Source of the DNA: a virus
Strand: one strand, 5' to 3'
Virus record (IMG/VR): IMGVR_UViG_3300042397_000787
Length of the DNA: 64,000 bases
Below are positions 18,053-27,845 of the stretch, one piece after another. The position numbers were made by a program, and so were the translations under genes. Position 1 is the first letter of the stretch. Each line of letters begins with the position of its first letter. The notes below the pieces were generated by a model. That model was given only the letters and a program-made list of their open reading frames with translations, did no database searches and had not been told where the DNA came from.

Positions 18053-18072
18053 AATAGACTCCTTATTGCGTC

Positions 18073-18080
18073 TATTTATA
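18073..18080 (-). promoter_or_regulatory. T4-type late promoter
   Basis: TATAAATA. Confidence 0.75.
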
Positions 18081-18082
18081 TC

Positions 18083-18649
18083 TTACTTACCCTTTACCAT
18101 ATCGTAAATGTCAGCCCAGGTCTTGGCCCGGAAGCTGTCCAGAACACCCATGTTGTGTTCGTGATCGATTAGAATACCACGCAGACCAACCTTTAGACCG
18201 GCTTCAACGTTTTCTGGCTTGTCTTCAATCCAGAACAGTCCGCTGTCCTTATATGGTGCAAGGGCATCATCCTTGTCGGCACCACAGTCAAGGCAAATTA
18301 CACTCTCAATGGCATCACCAAAGAACTGCTTAAGGTTTGCTTCACGTGCCTTGACAGCCCATGGGTCCTTGCTCAGGCTGGTGATGACACGGAACTGATA
18401 TCCCTGCTCCTCATACATACGCCGAACATAGTAGACGGCATCACGGAAGGGCTTTAGGAAGCCGATGGCTGCGCTCTCGTTGAATTGCCGCACTAGTTCC
18501 TTGCTCTTCTTCTTGTCGATACCGTACCGTTCGTTGATATGGTAGACATCGGTGCGAATTTCTTTGTAGCCTTTGAGTGCCATCCACTCGGTAAACGTGG
18601 TACTCCAGTCTAATAGAACACCGTCACAATCTGTAAGAATCAATTTCAT
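18083..18649 (-). CDS. HAD-family 5'(3')-deoxyribonucleotidase-like phosphatase
   Basis: LTDCDGVLLDW, ITSL, WIEDKPEN. Confidence 0.8.
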   Translation of the reverse strand: MKLILTDCDGVLLDWSTTFTEWMALKGYKEIRTDVYHINERYGIDKKKSKELVRQFNESAAIGFLKPFRDAVYYVRRMYEEQGYQFRVITSLSKDPWAVKAREANLKQFFGDAIESVICLDCGADKDDALAPYKDSGLFWIEDKPENVEAGLKVGLRGILIDHEHNMGVLDSFRAKTWADIYDMVKGK

Positions 18650-18663
18650 TTTTTTATTTTCTC

Positions 18664-19137
18664 TCAATTAGGTATCTTCTGCGTTGCACACCACTTGTGG
18701 TTCAACCCCACTTCGCGACCGTATGCTTCAATCTCCCAAGGAGCATCGAAATATGCATCTTCCTTACCCTTAGGCTTCCATATCTGGCCCATCCACTTGC
18801 TGTAGATTTTGAGACCACCACGAGCAGCCACCGCATGACCAGTCTGAAGTTCGTTCTTGGCATGTTGCTTGACATGGACCATTTCGTGACCGAGAACCTT
18901 GATCATCTCATCGATGTCTTGGTTCTTGAGACCAATGGTGAACCACCGTGGGTTCTTGGTGCCGTCCTCGTCAACGCACTCGCCCTCTAGGTCAAAGTTT
19001 TTCCAAACTTCGATATCAAGGGTGAGATTGCGGACCATGCGTGGGTCCATTAGTTGAGCGGCGAAGAATTCTGCTGCCTCGATCAACTTCTGCTTATCAG
19101 CGCGACGACCAATCAAACCTGTAACTGAAATATCCAT
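18664..19137 (-). CDS. Zincin-like metalloprotease
   Basis: HEMVH...PWEIEA. Confidence 0.7.
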   Translation of the reverse strand: MDISVTGLIGRRADKQKLIEAAEFFAAQLMDPRMVRNLTLDIEVWKNFDLEGECVDEDGTKNPRWFTIGLKNQDIDEMIKVLGHEMVHVKQHAKNELQTGHAVAARGGLKIYSKWMGQIWKPKGKEDAYFDAPWEIEAYGREVGLNHKWCATQKIPN

Positions 19138-19191
19138 AATAACCTCTTTCGCTTATAGACTCACTATAAGCGATTCGTGACCAAATGTCAA
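19138..19191 (-). promoter_or_regulatory. Early promoter cassette copy 12
   Basis: TTGACA-TTTGGTCACGAATCGCT-TATAGT. Confidence 0.8.
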
Positions 19192-19367
19192 GCGTTTTCT
19201 TCAAGCCATTCTATCTGGTGATTAGCTACCGTAATGGAAACTATGTTGCCGCCATCGTCCTCAAGGGTCAGGTCCACCCCAGTGGAGTTTTCTCTTGTCT
19301 TGGCCTCGTGGACGAAATAAATCTTACCAGCATGTTCCCAGCTGTCGTTGTCTATTCTACAGTGCAT
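19188..19367 (-). CDS. Hypothetical protein (59 aa, not in ORF track)
   Basis: MHCRIDNDSWEHAGKIYFV...; stop inside TTGACA. Confidence 0.55.
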   Translation of the reverse strand: MHCRIDNDSWEHAGKIYFVHEAKTRENSTGVDLTLEDDGGNIVSITVANHQIEWLEENA

Positions 19368-20718
19368 AGTGATGCTCCAAATACGCTCTTAGTTGTTCCA
19401 TACTGACTTTGGTATCTACCATAAAGTCTTCTTTATTTAGGTATACAAATGTAAACGCCTTTTCAAGATAAGTCTTACCATTTTCTATATCATATCTTTC
19501 TTGCTTGTTCCAAAGGACAATAAAATGCTTTCCATTATTAGGAACTACAAAACTATGATCGCCAAATTGTTCTTGCATCATCTGTTTAAGTTCGCCCGTG
19601 TATAACGGGTGGTCGTCATTTCTACCACCATAATAAAAACGGTCGCCTTCAACTAATAAAGCGTCTGCTACTGGTCTTGGTGCTGGCCAGAGGTCAGAGT
19701 GAACCATATCACCGTCGATCTTGTATAGGTCATCTACCAATTTACCTATATATCCTGGTTGGTATACGGAATCTGGTGTTATTCTATTTACCAGCAAAGG
19801 TACACCAGTATCGACAGAGCCGTAATGGGACATGAAATCTATTGGATATTCTTTGGTCATATCGTATATCTCTGGCCCAGCTGGAAACCCAGACATATTG
19901 ATTGTAATTCTATGACTAGGACGCCGATCGGCCTCAGGAAAACCGAGTTTCAGTGCGTCTAGCACAAAACTATTAGAGCATATCAGAGTGTCTACTTTTC
20001 TATCGGTCAAACATTCTTCGACAAATTCTTTTGGGCGCCATATTTTCTTTTGGTGATGAGGAACCCAAGCAACGCTTCCAGAATAATGAACGTCACACAC
20101 CATTAGAGTTGGAAGAAGATATGATAACATAGCAGAAGCATGGTGCATATTTACCGTCTGTTGCACCACGTTCCGCTTAGTATAACCAAAAGCAGATATA
20201 TTTCTTTGCGAAATCTTATACACCTCATCGTGGGTAAAGAAGTATGGCTTAGATACGCCTGTGGTACCACTAGTTGAAGCGAATATCAGAGCATCACTAG
20301 GAGAAACGGGTATATCTACATCTGTGTCGTTTGTTATCTCATCGATTTCATCTTCGTAACAAACCTGCTTGCTATATCGCTCAAACATTTCAGTCTGTAG
20401 GTCATTTTCATCCAACATTCTCTGAGAGATAGTTATATCAACAGGACCAAATATTGCCATCTTTGTAACATGAAGTGTTTCTTTGGCAATTGGCTTGGCA
20501 ATGATGAAAATTTTCAATCCTAATTCTGCGGCTGCAAATAGACAGGCAATATGATTTAAGTTTACATCAAAAATACCAAGGGCCATTACATCACCGCTGC
20601 GAAGTTCCTTGTATATCAGAAGTCTCTTCCAACGGTTGATGAGGCGAAATAGATCATCTCTATTCGCCCCATCGTAGTTTATGTCAGGATTGATTATATG
20701 CCTGTTAATCACGGGCAT
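19357..20718 (-). CDS. AMP-binding (ANL superfamily) adenylate-forming enzyme, paralog 1
   Basis: STSGTTGVSKP P-loop, HYGSVDTG, YGGR. Confidence 0.75.
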   Translation of the reverse strand: MPVINRHIINPDINYDGANRDDLFRLINRWKRLLIYKELRSGDVMALGIFDVNLNHIACLFAAAELGLKIFIIAKPIAKETLHVTKMAIFGPVDITISQRMLDENDLQTEMFERYSKQVCYEDEIDEITNDTDVDIPVSPSDALIFASTSGTTGVSKPYFFTHDEVYKISQRNISAFGYTKRNVVQQTVNMHHASAMLSYLLPTLMVCDVHYSGSVAWVPHHQKKIWRPKEFVEECLTDRKVDTLICSNSFVLDALKLGFPEADRRPSHRITINMSGFPAGPEIYDMTKEYPIDFMSHYGSVDTGVPLLVNRITPDSVYQPGYIGKLVDDLYKIDGDMVHSDLWPAPRPVADALLVEGDRFYYGGRNDDHPLYTGELKQMMQEQFGDHSFVVPNNGKHFIVLWNKQERYDIENGKTYLEKAFTFVYLNKEDFMVDTKVSMEQLRAYLEHHYAL

Positions 20719-20893
20719 AGAGCGCGGCCCTAATATCCTTGTATGCTTGGTCTAGAATGGCCTTGATACGAGCCTTCTCTGATGGCATGGCACCCTTAGC
20801 CTCAACGTAAATGTTACAATTGAGAGTGCTTTCACCAGCTTCTGTTTCCATATCGCTGGTCATGTCGTTGTAAAAGAGTTGTGTATTAATCAT
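20705..20893 (-). CDS. Hypothetical protein
   Basis: Coupled ORF. Confidence 0.5.
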   Translation of the reverse strand: MINTQLFYNDMTSDMETEAGESTLNCNIYVEAKGAMPSEKARIKAILDQAYKDIRAALYARD

Positions 20894-21110
20894 TTTTATT
20901 CATTGCCTCCATAATTATATTTACGCGGTGCATCGCTTCTAGAATGCGAGTTATTGTAATTAGTAGCACACAACCTATCCACCATCCAAAAAACATGGCC
21001 TCTCCGATATGTGTTCCGCTAACGAAAAATTTAGTGGCTGCAATAAATGCGGCCAAGACAAAGCCCTTGAAACAATTATCAATAAACCAATTAGCTAAGG
21101 TTATGTTCAC
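20886..21110 (-). CDS. Small two-TM membrane protein
   Basis: Two hydrophobic segments. Confidence 0.6.
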   Translation of the reverse strand: MNITLANWFIDNCFKGFVLAAFIAATKFFVSGTHIGEAMFFGWWIGCVLLITITRILEAMHRVNIIMEAMNKND

Positions 21111-21279
21111 TCTTTAGTCTTTCAATTTCGGTTTTGATTTTTAGTTTGCGGCGCTTAATGGTATTTACCAGCCAGTCTTGAGGCTTCGGGCGCTGCATTA
21201 GAATTTCAAGACCTTCGTCTTGTTCTCGGTGTTTTTGTTCCAAGGCTCTGATATGGTTCAATACACTTTGTTTATCCAT
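21091..21279 (-). CDS. DUF465/YdcH-like coiled-coil protein
   Basis: LEQKHREQD...IKRRKLKIKTEI. Confidence 0.7.
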   Translation of the reverse strand: MDKQSVLNHIRALEQKHREQDEGLEILMQRPKPQDWLVNTIKRRKLKIKTEIERLKSEHNLS

Positions 21280-21290
21280 AATATACTCCA

Positions 21291-21590
21291 TTACAAATGT
21301 TTACGGATCATCTCCAAGGTAGAAGCGGCGTCTTGCTGCTTTTCTACATCCCGTAAAAACTTACCTATTATATGCCGCCAGTCACCCTTATCCATGACAG
21401 TGGTTAGAATATTCTTAGACAAGACTTGAAGGAGTGAGCCGAGGGCTATAAGGTCTTCCTCGTCGTCACAATACATGACAATTTCTTTGATATAATCATC
21501 AACGTCTTCTAGTAGAGAAACGCGCTTTTCTTGACGCTCTCTTGAGGTAAGCCTGCGCTGAGGATCATATGGATGTTCAATCATATTCAT
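21291..21590 (-). CDS. Hypothetical protein
   Basis: 99 aa ORF. Confidence 0.6.
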   Translation of the reverse strand: MNMIEHPYDPQRRLTSRERQEKRVSLLEDVDDYIKEIVMYCDDEEDLIALGSLLQVLSKNILTTVMDKGDWRHIIGKFLRDVEKQQDAASTLEMIRKHL

Positions 21591-21592
21591 AT

Positions 21593-22321
21593 TTATTCAA
21601 AATATTCCTTGAACCAATTGGCCACATGAACGTGGGCTTCTTCGCTTGGATGGTCGTCCCATGGGCAGAGTAGATTCTTACCCATAGACTCAAATGTCTT
21701 GCTCTTGTCAAACAGGAAAATATTTTCATCGGTTTCCAGATAATCAATGTATTCATCCATAGTCTTACGAGAGGCAATGCGTCGAGTTTGCAGGCCGCGC
21801 TTCAATGCGGTGTCAATACATGCATCACGGAACCACATCTGCACACAGGTAATATCCATAGAGTCGCATAGATTTTTAATTGTGGCAACATGGTACAATG
21901 TCTTCAACATGTCGGAATGATACGAAGACAACTGTTCGTAGTATGTGGCCAGAGCCTTCTTTGTGGCTTTGGGTATATTATCAAAGTCAACCGATGAGCC
22001 GCGTAGTTGTAGGGCATCCACATCAAAAGGATATGGTTCATCCCTGTAGTCGGTGAATTCAAAACGAGATGGGTCCGACCACACGATAATAACACGCTCT
22101 GGTTTGTGTTGTAGAATATCTATGAAGGCACGGCGGGCAATCCGAGAGTTAGAAGAGCCTGGCGTTGCCATGTTCATTTCTTCCATATCCCAGGCATCAG
22201 CCAGTAGTTTAGAGAAACGCTTGGCTTCACACTTGGCATAGACTTCTTTCATGTTACCAGGTGCATAACGCTCAATACCGATACCATATGCAAAACTACA
22301 ACCGTTTACGTATAACTTCAT
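21593..22321 (-). CDS. SGNH-like hydrolase/acyltransferase, paralog 1
   Basis: YVNGCSFAYG, GSSN, DDHPSEEAH. Confidence 0.7.
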   Translation of the reverse strand: MKLYVNGCSFAYGIGIERYAPGNMKEVYAKCEAKRFSKLLADAWDMEEMNMATPGSSNSRIARRAFIDILQHKPERVIIVWSDPSRFEFTDYRDEPYPFDVDALQLRGSSVDFDNIPKATKKALATYYEQLSSYHSDMLKTLYHVATIKNLCDSMDITCVQMWFRDACIDTALKRGLQTRRIASRKTMDEYIDYLETDENIFLFDKSKTFESMGKNLLCPWDDHPSEEAHVHVANWFKEYFE

Positions 22322-22509
22322 GTTCTTCTCCAGAAGGGGACATATGTTTCGCCCACCCATTTTGATTTTGGACACTTAGTATATAGTAGTTTCACTTTAG
22401 CTGGCATATGACACCCACATATACCACAGGTTTTACCGTTTAAGTGGACACATTCTAAACAAATATTCCAACGTCTCTCTTGTTCTTCTTCACTTGCTAT
22501 CATAATCAA
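22318..22509 (-). CDS. Small Cys-rich protein (DUF6171-like)
   Basis: CLEC..TCGICGC..CPKSKW. Confidence 0.65.
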   Translation of the reverse strand: MIMIASEEEQERRWNICLECVHLNGKTCGICGCHMPAKVKLLYTKCPKSKWVGETYVPFWRRT

Positions 22510-22765
22510 TTGCGTTTACAAATGAAAATTTCTGTCCTTCGGTCCAGTCTTTTAGATACTCATTGTCTTCGTCAAACTGGCGAAGATACTCCACATCATC
22601 AATCTCACGAGCGGTGGTAATCACTTCATCAACATGGTGTTGAGAAAACTCCGCAAGTTCTCCCACATTCATGGTAACTTCATCCTTGGCATCGGCCGGG
22701 CTATTTGCTTCGATGACATACCGCATACGGAACATGGAGATTGTTTCTACAAGATACTTAGCCAT
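22490..22765 (-). CDS. Hypothetical protein
   Basis: 91 aa ORF. Confidence 0.6.
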   Translation of the reverse strand: MAKYLVETISMFRMRYVIEANSPADAKDEVTMNVGELAEFSQHHVDEVITTAREIDDVEYLRQFDEDNEYLKDWTEGQKFSFVNAIDYDSK

Positions 22766-23480
22766 TTAAAAATCCTTTCTTAAAGTCAACTTCTAGCATA
22801 CTTCTATAGTCTCCGTCAAGACATTTTAAAACATAATCACAAAAAATCTTGTGATTGTCTTCTGATATATGATTAGGTCTAGCATCAAAAATTCTATTTC
22901 TAGAGTATTCACCCTCTGTTGCAAATTCTTGATGGCTAATCTGTCTCATATAGCCGTCTAAGTGAAAATCATATGACAGAGTAAAATCGGAATAACGGGC
23001 CTCATCAAAGGCATTAATCAACAGTTTTTTGTTGCTTAATCCGTTAAGGGCTTCTCGTATCAAATTTACTTGCGCCCGATGTAACTCAGGATTATAGAAA
23101 TGAAACCAAGTTTCATAAAAACTTTTATGCTCATTATAATGTTGTTTCAATGATGGTGGAAACTTAACATTCTCAAATGAGAAGCCTTGCGTCGAAAACA
23201 GTTGTAATATGGCCGAAGATTCTGCATCAAAATCTGGATGTACCAAAGGAGAGCGTCCACTAGAAGTCACGACAAAAATAATAATATCGTCAGGAGAATA
23301 TGACTTATTCAGGTATTCATAATATTTTACGGTAGCATAGTTTAATGAACTGCCTCGGCGGGCATAGTTGTTAATACCTAACCCTAACGTCTTAGCAGTC
23401 TCTTTCCACCAAATATATTTACCATCTGTATCCGTATATTCGGCACAAAAACTATCACCGAACAATACTAAGTTAGCCAT
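22758..23480 (-). CDS. SGNH-like hydrolase, paralog 2
   Basis: LFGDSF, GSS, DARPNHISEDNH. Confidence 0.7.
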   Translation of the reverse strand: MANLVLFGDSFCAEYTDTDGKYIWWKETAKTLGLGINNYARRGSSLNYATVKYYEYLNKSYSPDDIIIFVVTSSGRSPLVHPDFDAESSAILQLFSTQGFSFENVKFPPSLKQHYNEHKSFYETWFHFYNPELHRAQVNLIREALNGLSNKKLLINAFDEARYSDFTLSYDFHLDGYMRQISHQEFATEGEYSRNRIFDARPNHISEDNHKIFCDYVLKCLDGDYRSMLEVDFKKGFLNG

Positions 23481-23658
23481 CGATGCGCCCAAGACGATGC
23501 AGCAAGTTTGAGATAACCGCTACATCTGGATGAGGTTCTCGTTCGCTATATCCCTCTACTCTCATAATGTCGAGTAGATACGAATGCAATGCCCGCTTGA
23601 TGACGGGAATATCGGTGGGGGCAAACGCGCCGCCCTTAGCTTCTTTTACCATTGTCAA
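23473..23658 (-). CDS. Hypothetical protein
   Basis: Coupled ORF. Confidence 0.55.
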   Translation of the reverse strand: MTMVKEAKGGAFAPTDIPVIKRALHSYLLDIMRVEGYSEREPHPDVAVISNLLHRLGRIDG

Positions 23659-24401
23659 TCTTCCTTAAAAAGGTCAGTCTTAAATTTTACGGAACTTAAC
23701 GGTGAATAATTATACTGCAAACACTCATACATGTAATCCGCTAGAATATAGTGGTTATCTTCGTGGAGATGGTTAGGTCTAGCATCCCAGCTACCAAGTT
23801 TACCTGTTCTGGTTTTTATCTTACCTCTGAAATGCTCACCGCTCTTTCCGCTTATATGCTCATTCTCACTAGCAACCATTAGATTGCCGCATGGATGACA
23901 TTCGGGTCGATTATTATCATTTGTTGGGTCAGAATCCTCGAATGCAGATAATACCAATTTCTTATTAGGCAAAGAGTTTATTGCTTTTGTAATAAAGTAA
24001 CACTGTGACTTATGAATAGCCGGATTAAAGAATTTTAGCCAGGTCTTGTAGTATTCTTCATGTTCTTTGAAGTGTTCGGTAACATATGGATTATCTAGTT
24101 TTTCCAATAGTTTATCATCACCCACGATGAATTTATATAGTGTCGACCAGGATGGATAATATGCATCGTGGACTATAGGTGCCCGGTAGCAAGATGTCAG
24201 GACAACAACTATGATATCCGTTTCTTGGTAATCATTCTCTAGATAGTCGAACAGCTTAATAGAGGTATATTCCAGATTGGTGGCAGCCAGTGAATAGTAT
24301 TTCACTGGTACATCAAATTTGGAAGACAGGAGTTTGGGCCAAGTTATTTCTTGTACCCTCTCATCTGCAAAACTATCGCCAAAAACTACTAATCTAGACA
24401 T
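23655..24401 (-). CDS. SGNH-like hydrolase, paralog 3
   Basis: VFGDSFA, DARPNHLHEDNH; colinear with paralog 2. Confidence 0.7.
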   Translation of the reverse strand: MSRLVVFGDSFADERVQEITWPKLLSSKFDVPVKYYSLAATNLEYTSIKLFDYLENDYQETDIIVVVLTSCYRAPIVHDAYYPSWSTLYKFIVGDDKLLEKLDNPYVTEHFKEHEEYYKTWLKFFNPAIHKSQCYFITKAINSLPNKKLVLSAFEDSDPTNDNNRPECHPCGNLMVASENEHISGKSGEHFRGKIKTRTGKLGSWDARPNHLHEDNHYILADYMYECLQYNYSPLSSVKFKTDLFKED

Positions 24402-24952
24402 TAATCCCATAGTCCTCTATAGTAGACACCAAACAGACGGGTGCCATTGTCAATACGCTTGTTATGTGCCTTCCATCCCTCAACATCGAGGATACCATTT
24501 TTGAAGTAAATATCATCGTTGCCATCTTCCACCATCTGTTCGAATGCCCAGATCATTTCATCCATGACCCAGTCCCAACGCTTGTGCCAGTTGCTGTCAG
24601 TTTCAAACTCATGTCCTGGATCTTCGGAGGCAGCAAAGCGAAGTTCTTCTGGAACATCTTCATCTGCCACGGCAGGTGAACCATGCTTGGTTGCCTTGAG
24701 TTGCTTTAACATAGGAAGAATAATCAGAGCAAGAGTGTCGTCCATACTCCATGTGTCATATGGGTCGATACGAATCTCGACCTTCCTCTTACTGAAAAAA
24801 TATGCGGATATTTCGGTAATTGGTGTGTGTTTATCTAACCATTCCCCTAATGCGAAAACCGCATCATCGTCTTTGTCTTTCCAGAACAGAATCTTTTCTG
24901 CAATCTGGTATGGACCAAACCAACGTGGATATGGACCTATGTTAATCTTCAC
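24401..24952 (-). CDS. Conserved phage hypothetical protein
   Basis: IDPYDTWSMDDTLA..KHGSP..GLWD. Confidence 0.7.
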   Translation of the reverse strand: MKINIGPYPRWFGPYQIAEKILFWKDKDDDAVFALGEWLDKHTPITEISAYFFSKRKVEIRIDPYDTWSMDDTLALIILPMLKQLKATKHGSPAVADEDVPEELRFAASEDPGHEFETDSNWHKRWDWVMDEMIWAFEQMVEDGNDDIYFKNGILDVEGWKAHNKRIDNGTRLFGVYYRGLWD

Positions 24953-25133
24953 GAGAATCTTCCGAAAGTCCAGTCAAATATTCATCATTACCAAAATCCA
25001 ACGGAAAAATATCAATTTCCTTTGCTGCTTGTGCGAGTTTAGTTACACCATAAACTGCTAGTGCCGCTACTCCGAACACTGCTAGATATGGAATGGCTTC
25101 GATTGCCTTTTCTTTTAGGTCATCCTTAGTCAT
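24942..25133 (-). CDS. Small membrane protein
   Basis: One TM helix. Confidence 0.55.
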   Translation of the reverse strand: MTKDDLKEKAIEAIPYLAVFGVAALAVYGVTKLAQAAKEIDIFPLDFGNDEYLTGLSEDSRED

Positions 25134-25371
25134 CTGTAATTCCCATTTCTGCTAGTTGGTCTTTGGTAGAAAACCATTTGAGTAGAAGTTCAGCCGCATC
25201 GATATGCTTCTGAATCTCAATATCATCTGCTTCCTGGTCACCCCAAACAAATACCCATGCTTGATTACCTTTGTCGTTTTTTAGAGTTTCCCATGTGCTA
25301 CGTAATTGTTCTACAACGACACGGTCAACGGTTTCCCAATCAAGTTCTACTGTAACCTTACTCATCATCAT
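25126..25371 (-). CDS. Hypothetical protein
   Basis: Coupled ORF. Confidence 0.55.
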   Translation of the reverse strand: MMMSKVTVELDWETVDRVVVEQLRSTWETLKNDKGNQAWVFVWGDQEADDIEIQKHIDAAELLLKWFSTKDQLAEMGITDD

Positions 25372-25759
25372 TTACCTTCTTATAACGATTATAATTACCA
25401 TCTGCCTCGATGACCATAACTTCATCAAGATCCTTACTCTTCGCCATCACACGTTGTTCGCCTTCCGCGACAATATGTCCGCGCTCACGCAAAACCCGCA
25501 TCACAGCATTGGCAATACCAAACTTATTGCGCCCAGTGTCGGCAGCATTTTGCGCTGCCTCTGCACATTCTTTGTAAACATCATCAGGAAGCGACCAAGA
25601 CAAATCCATTGCATTAGTAAAGTCACCCACGCGACGGAGGTATTCTTGACCACCATCCACCCAGATTGCACCGCAAGTGCAATTTACAAAGTCATGTCGA
25701 TGCCGGGAGAAAATTTTGTCTCCACAACTCAGACATACTGCGGTATTCTCAATAATCAT
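25358..25759 (-). CDS. Zn-ribbon hypothetical protein
   Basis: CLSC..HRHDFVNCTCGAIWVDGG. Confidence 0.7.
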   Translation of the reverse strand: MIIENTAVCLSCGDKIFSRHRHDFVNCTCGAIWVDGGQEYLRRVGDFTNAMDLSWSLPDDVYKECAEAAQNAADTGRNKFGIANAVMRVLRERGHIVAEGEQRVMAKSKDLDEVMVIEADGNYNRYKKVNDDE

Positions 25760-25989
25760 TCTGCTATCACCTTTTCATGTACCGCAACAATGTGTTTACA
25801 CTTGTTGTGGAAGTTATAACCCATGCAATTACAAACCCAACCACTAGGGGTCAACGTTGTATCATACTGCTTACCCTTAGAATTGACATAGGGCCATGTG
25901 AAGCCATTTAGAAAATGTCTCTCACCATAATTCATACCAGGCAATTGCACGGGTTTACGAAAAGCACTCACACCAGCAGGAAGAATCAT
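25756..25989 (-). CDS. SWIM zinc-finger protein
   Basis: CNC......CKHI. Confidence 0.7.
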   Translation of the reverse strand: MILPAGVSAFRKPVQLPGMNYGERHFLNGFTWPYVNSKGKQYDTTLTPSGWVCNCMGYNFHNKCKHIVAVHEKVIAE

Positions 25990-26159
25990 TAATTCAACTT
26001 TCCATCATAAGTTCGCAGCCAAGGCTGACCAAAGACATACTTGGCTTCTAGGTCATCAGCAACACCGTGCCAATACGCTTGAAACCATTCACTCTTAGCT
26101 TTATACGCTATTTCACGGCATTTGTCAATAGATTTAAATATCTTTGCATAATTAGTCAT
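25989..26159 (-). CDS. Hypothetical protein
   Basis: Start MTNYAKI. Confidence 0.5.
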   Translation of the reverse strand: MTNYAKIFKSIDKCREIAYKAKSEWFQAYWHGVADDLEAKYVFGQPWLRTYDGKLN

Positions 26160-26583
26160 TTTCTTTTGTTGCCTTATACAGCATGACATTCGCTTCTCTA
26201 AACATCAATTCGGTAATGTCCCAGTTAAACGTATCTTCTCGGTCAGATTTATAACAAATGACCTTCTTGATGCCGCGCTGGATGATGCTCTTGGCGCACT
26301 CGTTGCACGGCATCAAAGGTACATACATTGTGCAACCCTCAACCGACATGGGAGAGTTGTCTAGTGCATTGCGCTCGGCATGAGCCACAAACAGGTGCTT
26401 GGTGGGTCGGTCTTCGTAGCGTTTTGCCAGGTCCTTGACGCCACGCGGAAACCCATTGTAGCCTATTGAGATAATACGATTGCGGTCATCCACAATAACT
26501 GCACCAACTTTGGTGCGAGGATCATACGACCATTCGCCAATATGGTCGGCTAGGTCAAGAAACCTCTGACACCATTTAGACAT
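26152..26583 (-). CDS. cd: dCMP deaminase
   Basis: HAERNA, PCNEC, GYNGFPRG. Confidence 0.92.
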   Translation of the reverse strand: MSKWCQRFLDLADHIGEWSYDPRTKVGAVIVDDRNRIISIGYNGFPRGVKDLAKRYEDRPTKHLFVAHAERNALDNSPMSVEGCTMYVPLMPCNECAKSIIQRGIKKVICYKSDREDTFNWDITELMFREANVMLYKATKEND

Positions 26584-26686
26584 TCAACTGAAACTCCAAA
26601 TCACAGTTATCATGGCAATCAAAATCAGAATACCGAAACATCCTGATGCAGTCAACCCATCCCACATTGCTCGTTGTCGAGGATGA

Positions 26687-26899
26687 TTAGTCATAATCAA
26701 CACCTTCATCTTGCTTGCGACCCATATAGTGGTCGTCGCTTACGCAATGAAACTGTGCCTGGAGTTTGCTATTGATAATGGTGCGAGTGACATCACCCGC
26801 GAACTTTTCACATTGCTCCTTAGATGCAGTCTCGTAGACATCCTTGGCCACAAATTCGCCCTCTTGCGTGAACAAAAATACTATAAGCCAATAACTCAT
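26687..26899 (-). CDS. Hypothetical protein
   Basis: 70 aa ORF. Confidence 0.55.
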   Translation of the reverse strand: MSYWLIVFLFTQEGEFVAKDVYETASKEQCEKFAGDVTRTIINSKLQAQFHCVSDDHYMGRKQDEGVDYD

Positions 26900-27102
26900 T
26901 TCACAACTCCATACAGAAGGATGGCGGTAATGAAACCATTAACTACCATCAGAGGTTTATCTTGCATCTTATATGCTGCGTAGCCCCAAGCGGCGGCACC
27001 GATGACCGATAGGATCAGGTCTACCTGGTGAAACTCAAATGCCCGACAAGTGGCAGCAAGGATGACACACGCGGTACCGAACCATTTAATAATCTCAAGC
27101 AT
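26896..27102 (-). CDS. Small multi-TM membrane protein
   Basis: Hydrophobic; start MLEIIKW. Confidence 0.6.
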   Translation of the reverse strand: MLEIIKWFGTACVILAATCRAFEFHQVDLILSVIGAAAWGYAAYKMQDKPLMVVNGFITAILLYGVVK

Positions 27103-27244
27103 ATTTTTCTTCTTCCAACATAAGTGCAATACCAGCGATGAACATCATCATACCAAAAGCGGCTTGCAAGGCAAAACGAAGAAAACTAGCATCTTCAGGA
27201 ACACACATCACAAACAGACCGGCAAACAACAAAACATATTTCAT
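27095..27244 (-). CDS. Small two-TM early protein (49 aa, not in ORF track)
   Basis: MKYVLFAGLFVMCVPED...; follows cassette leader. Confidence 0.65.
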   Translation of the reverse strand: MKYVLLFAGLFVMCVPEDASFLRFALQAAFGMMMFIAGIALMLEEEKYA

Positions 27245-27305
27245 AACGAATCACTTTCTTTTCTCAGCTTATAATCTACTATAGCATATTCTGAGAAAAT
27301 GTCAA
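27245..27305 (-). promoter_or_regulatory. Early promoter/leader cassette copy 13
   Basis: TTGACA..GC-TATAGT; GAGAAAAGAAAGTGATTCGTT-ATG. Confidence 0.85.
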
Positions 27306-27625
27306 GCGGTAATTTCATCAAAACCAAACGTAGCACAACGGAACAGTTTTCCGTCTACCTCGAGGATGTCGCCTACTGACATCGAGGAGCAGGGACCGAG
27401 TTTCTCAACCGTAGCACCTTCCCAAAGATTCATGGCAGCGAATGCTTCTTCCATATCATTGGTATCAACGTTAGCAACGTGGGCGTAATACTGGAAGTTC
27501 TCAGTCTTGAAGGGCGACATCGGCCACGAACGGTCAAAATACGCTTTGATGCGGTCACTGGTTTCGCCGTTATTTACAGCCGCGATTTCAGCATCGGTCA
27601 GTTGAATTTGGTACACCTTAATCAT
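27302..27625 (-). CDS. YodL-like domain protein
   Basis: KVYQI...SMSVGDILEVDG..FGF. Confidence 0.65.
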   Translation of the reverse strand: MIKVYQIQLTDAEIAAVNNGETSDRIKAYFDRSWPMSPFKTENFQYYAHVANVDTNDMEEAFAAMNLWEGATVEKLGPCSSMSVGDILEVDGKLFRCATFGFDEITA

Positions 27626-27687
27626 AACGAATCACTTTCTCTTTTCTGTCTACTATTACATCCTAGCAGATTCGCAGGGAAAGTCAA
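27626..27687 (-). promoter_or_regulatory. Early promoter/leader cassette copy 14
   Basis: TTGACT-TTCCCTGCGAATCTGC-TAGGAT; AGAGAAAGTGATTCGTT-ATG. Confidence 0.85.
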
Positions 27688-27695
27688 GTGCTAAT

Positions 27696-27845
27696 TTACC
27701 AATGATGAATGACATTTGCCACAAGAAAAATGTTTGCGATAATGGCCTGACAAATCAGAAAGGTCCGAATCCATGCTATCTTGTCGGATTCGCTATTACA
27801 CGGAGAGGCTTTTTCACCTAAGGCTTTTGACCATATTCGCCACAT
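27696..27845 (-). CDS. Small membrane protein typical of T4-like phages (49 aa)
   Basis: MWRIWSKALGEKA...VANVIHHW. Confidence 0.65.
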   Translation of the reverse strand: MWRIWSKALGEKASPCNSESDKIAWIRTFLICQAIIANIFLVANVIHHW

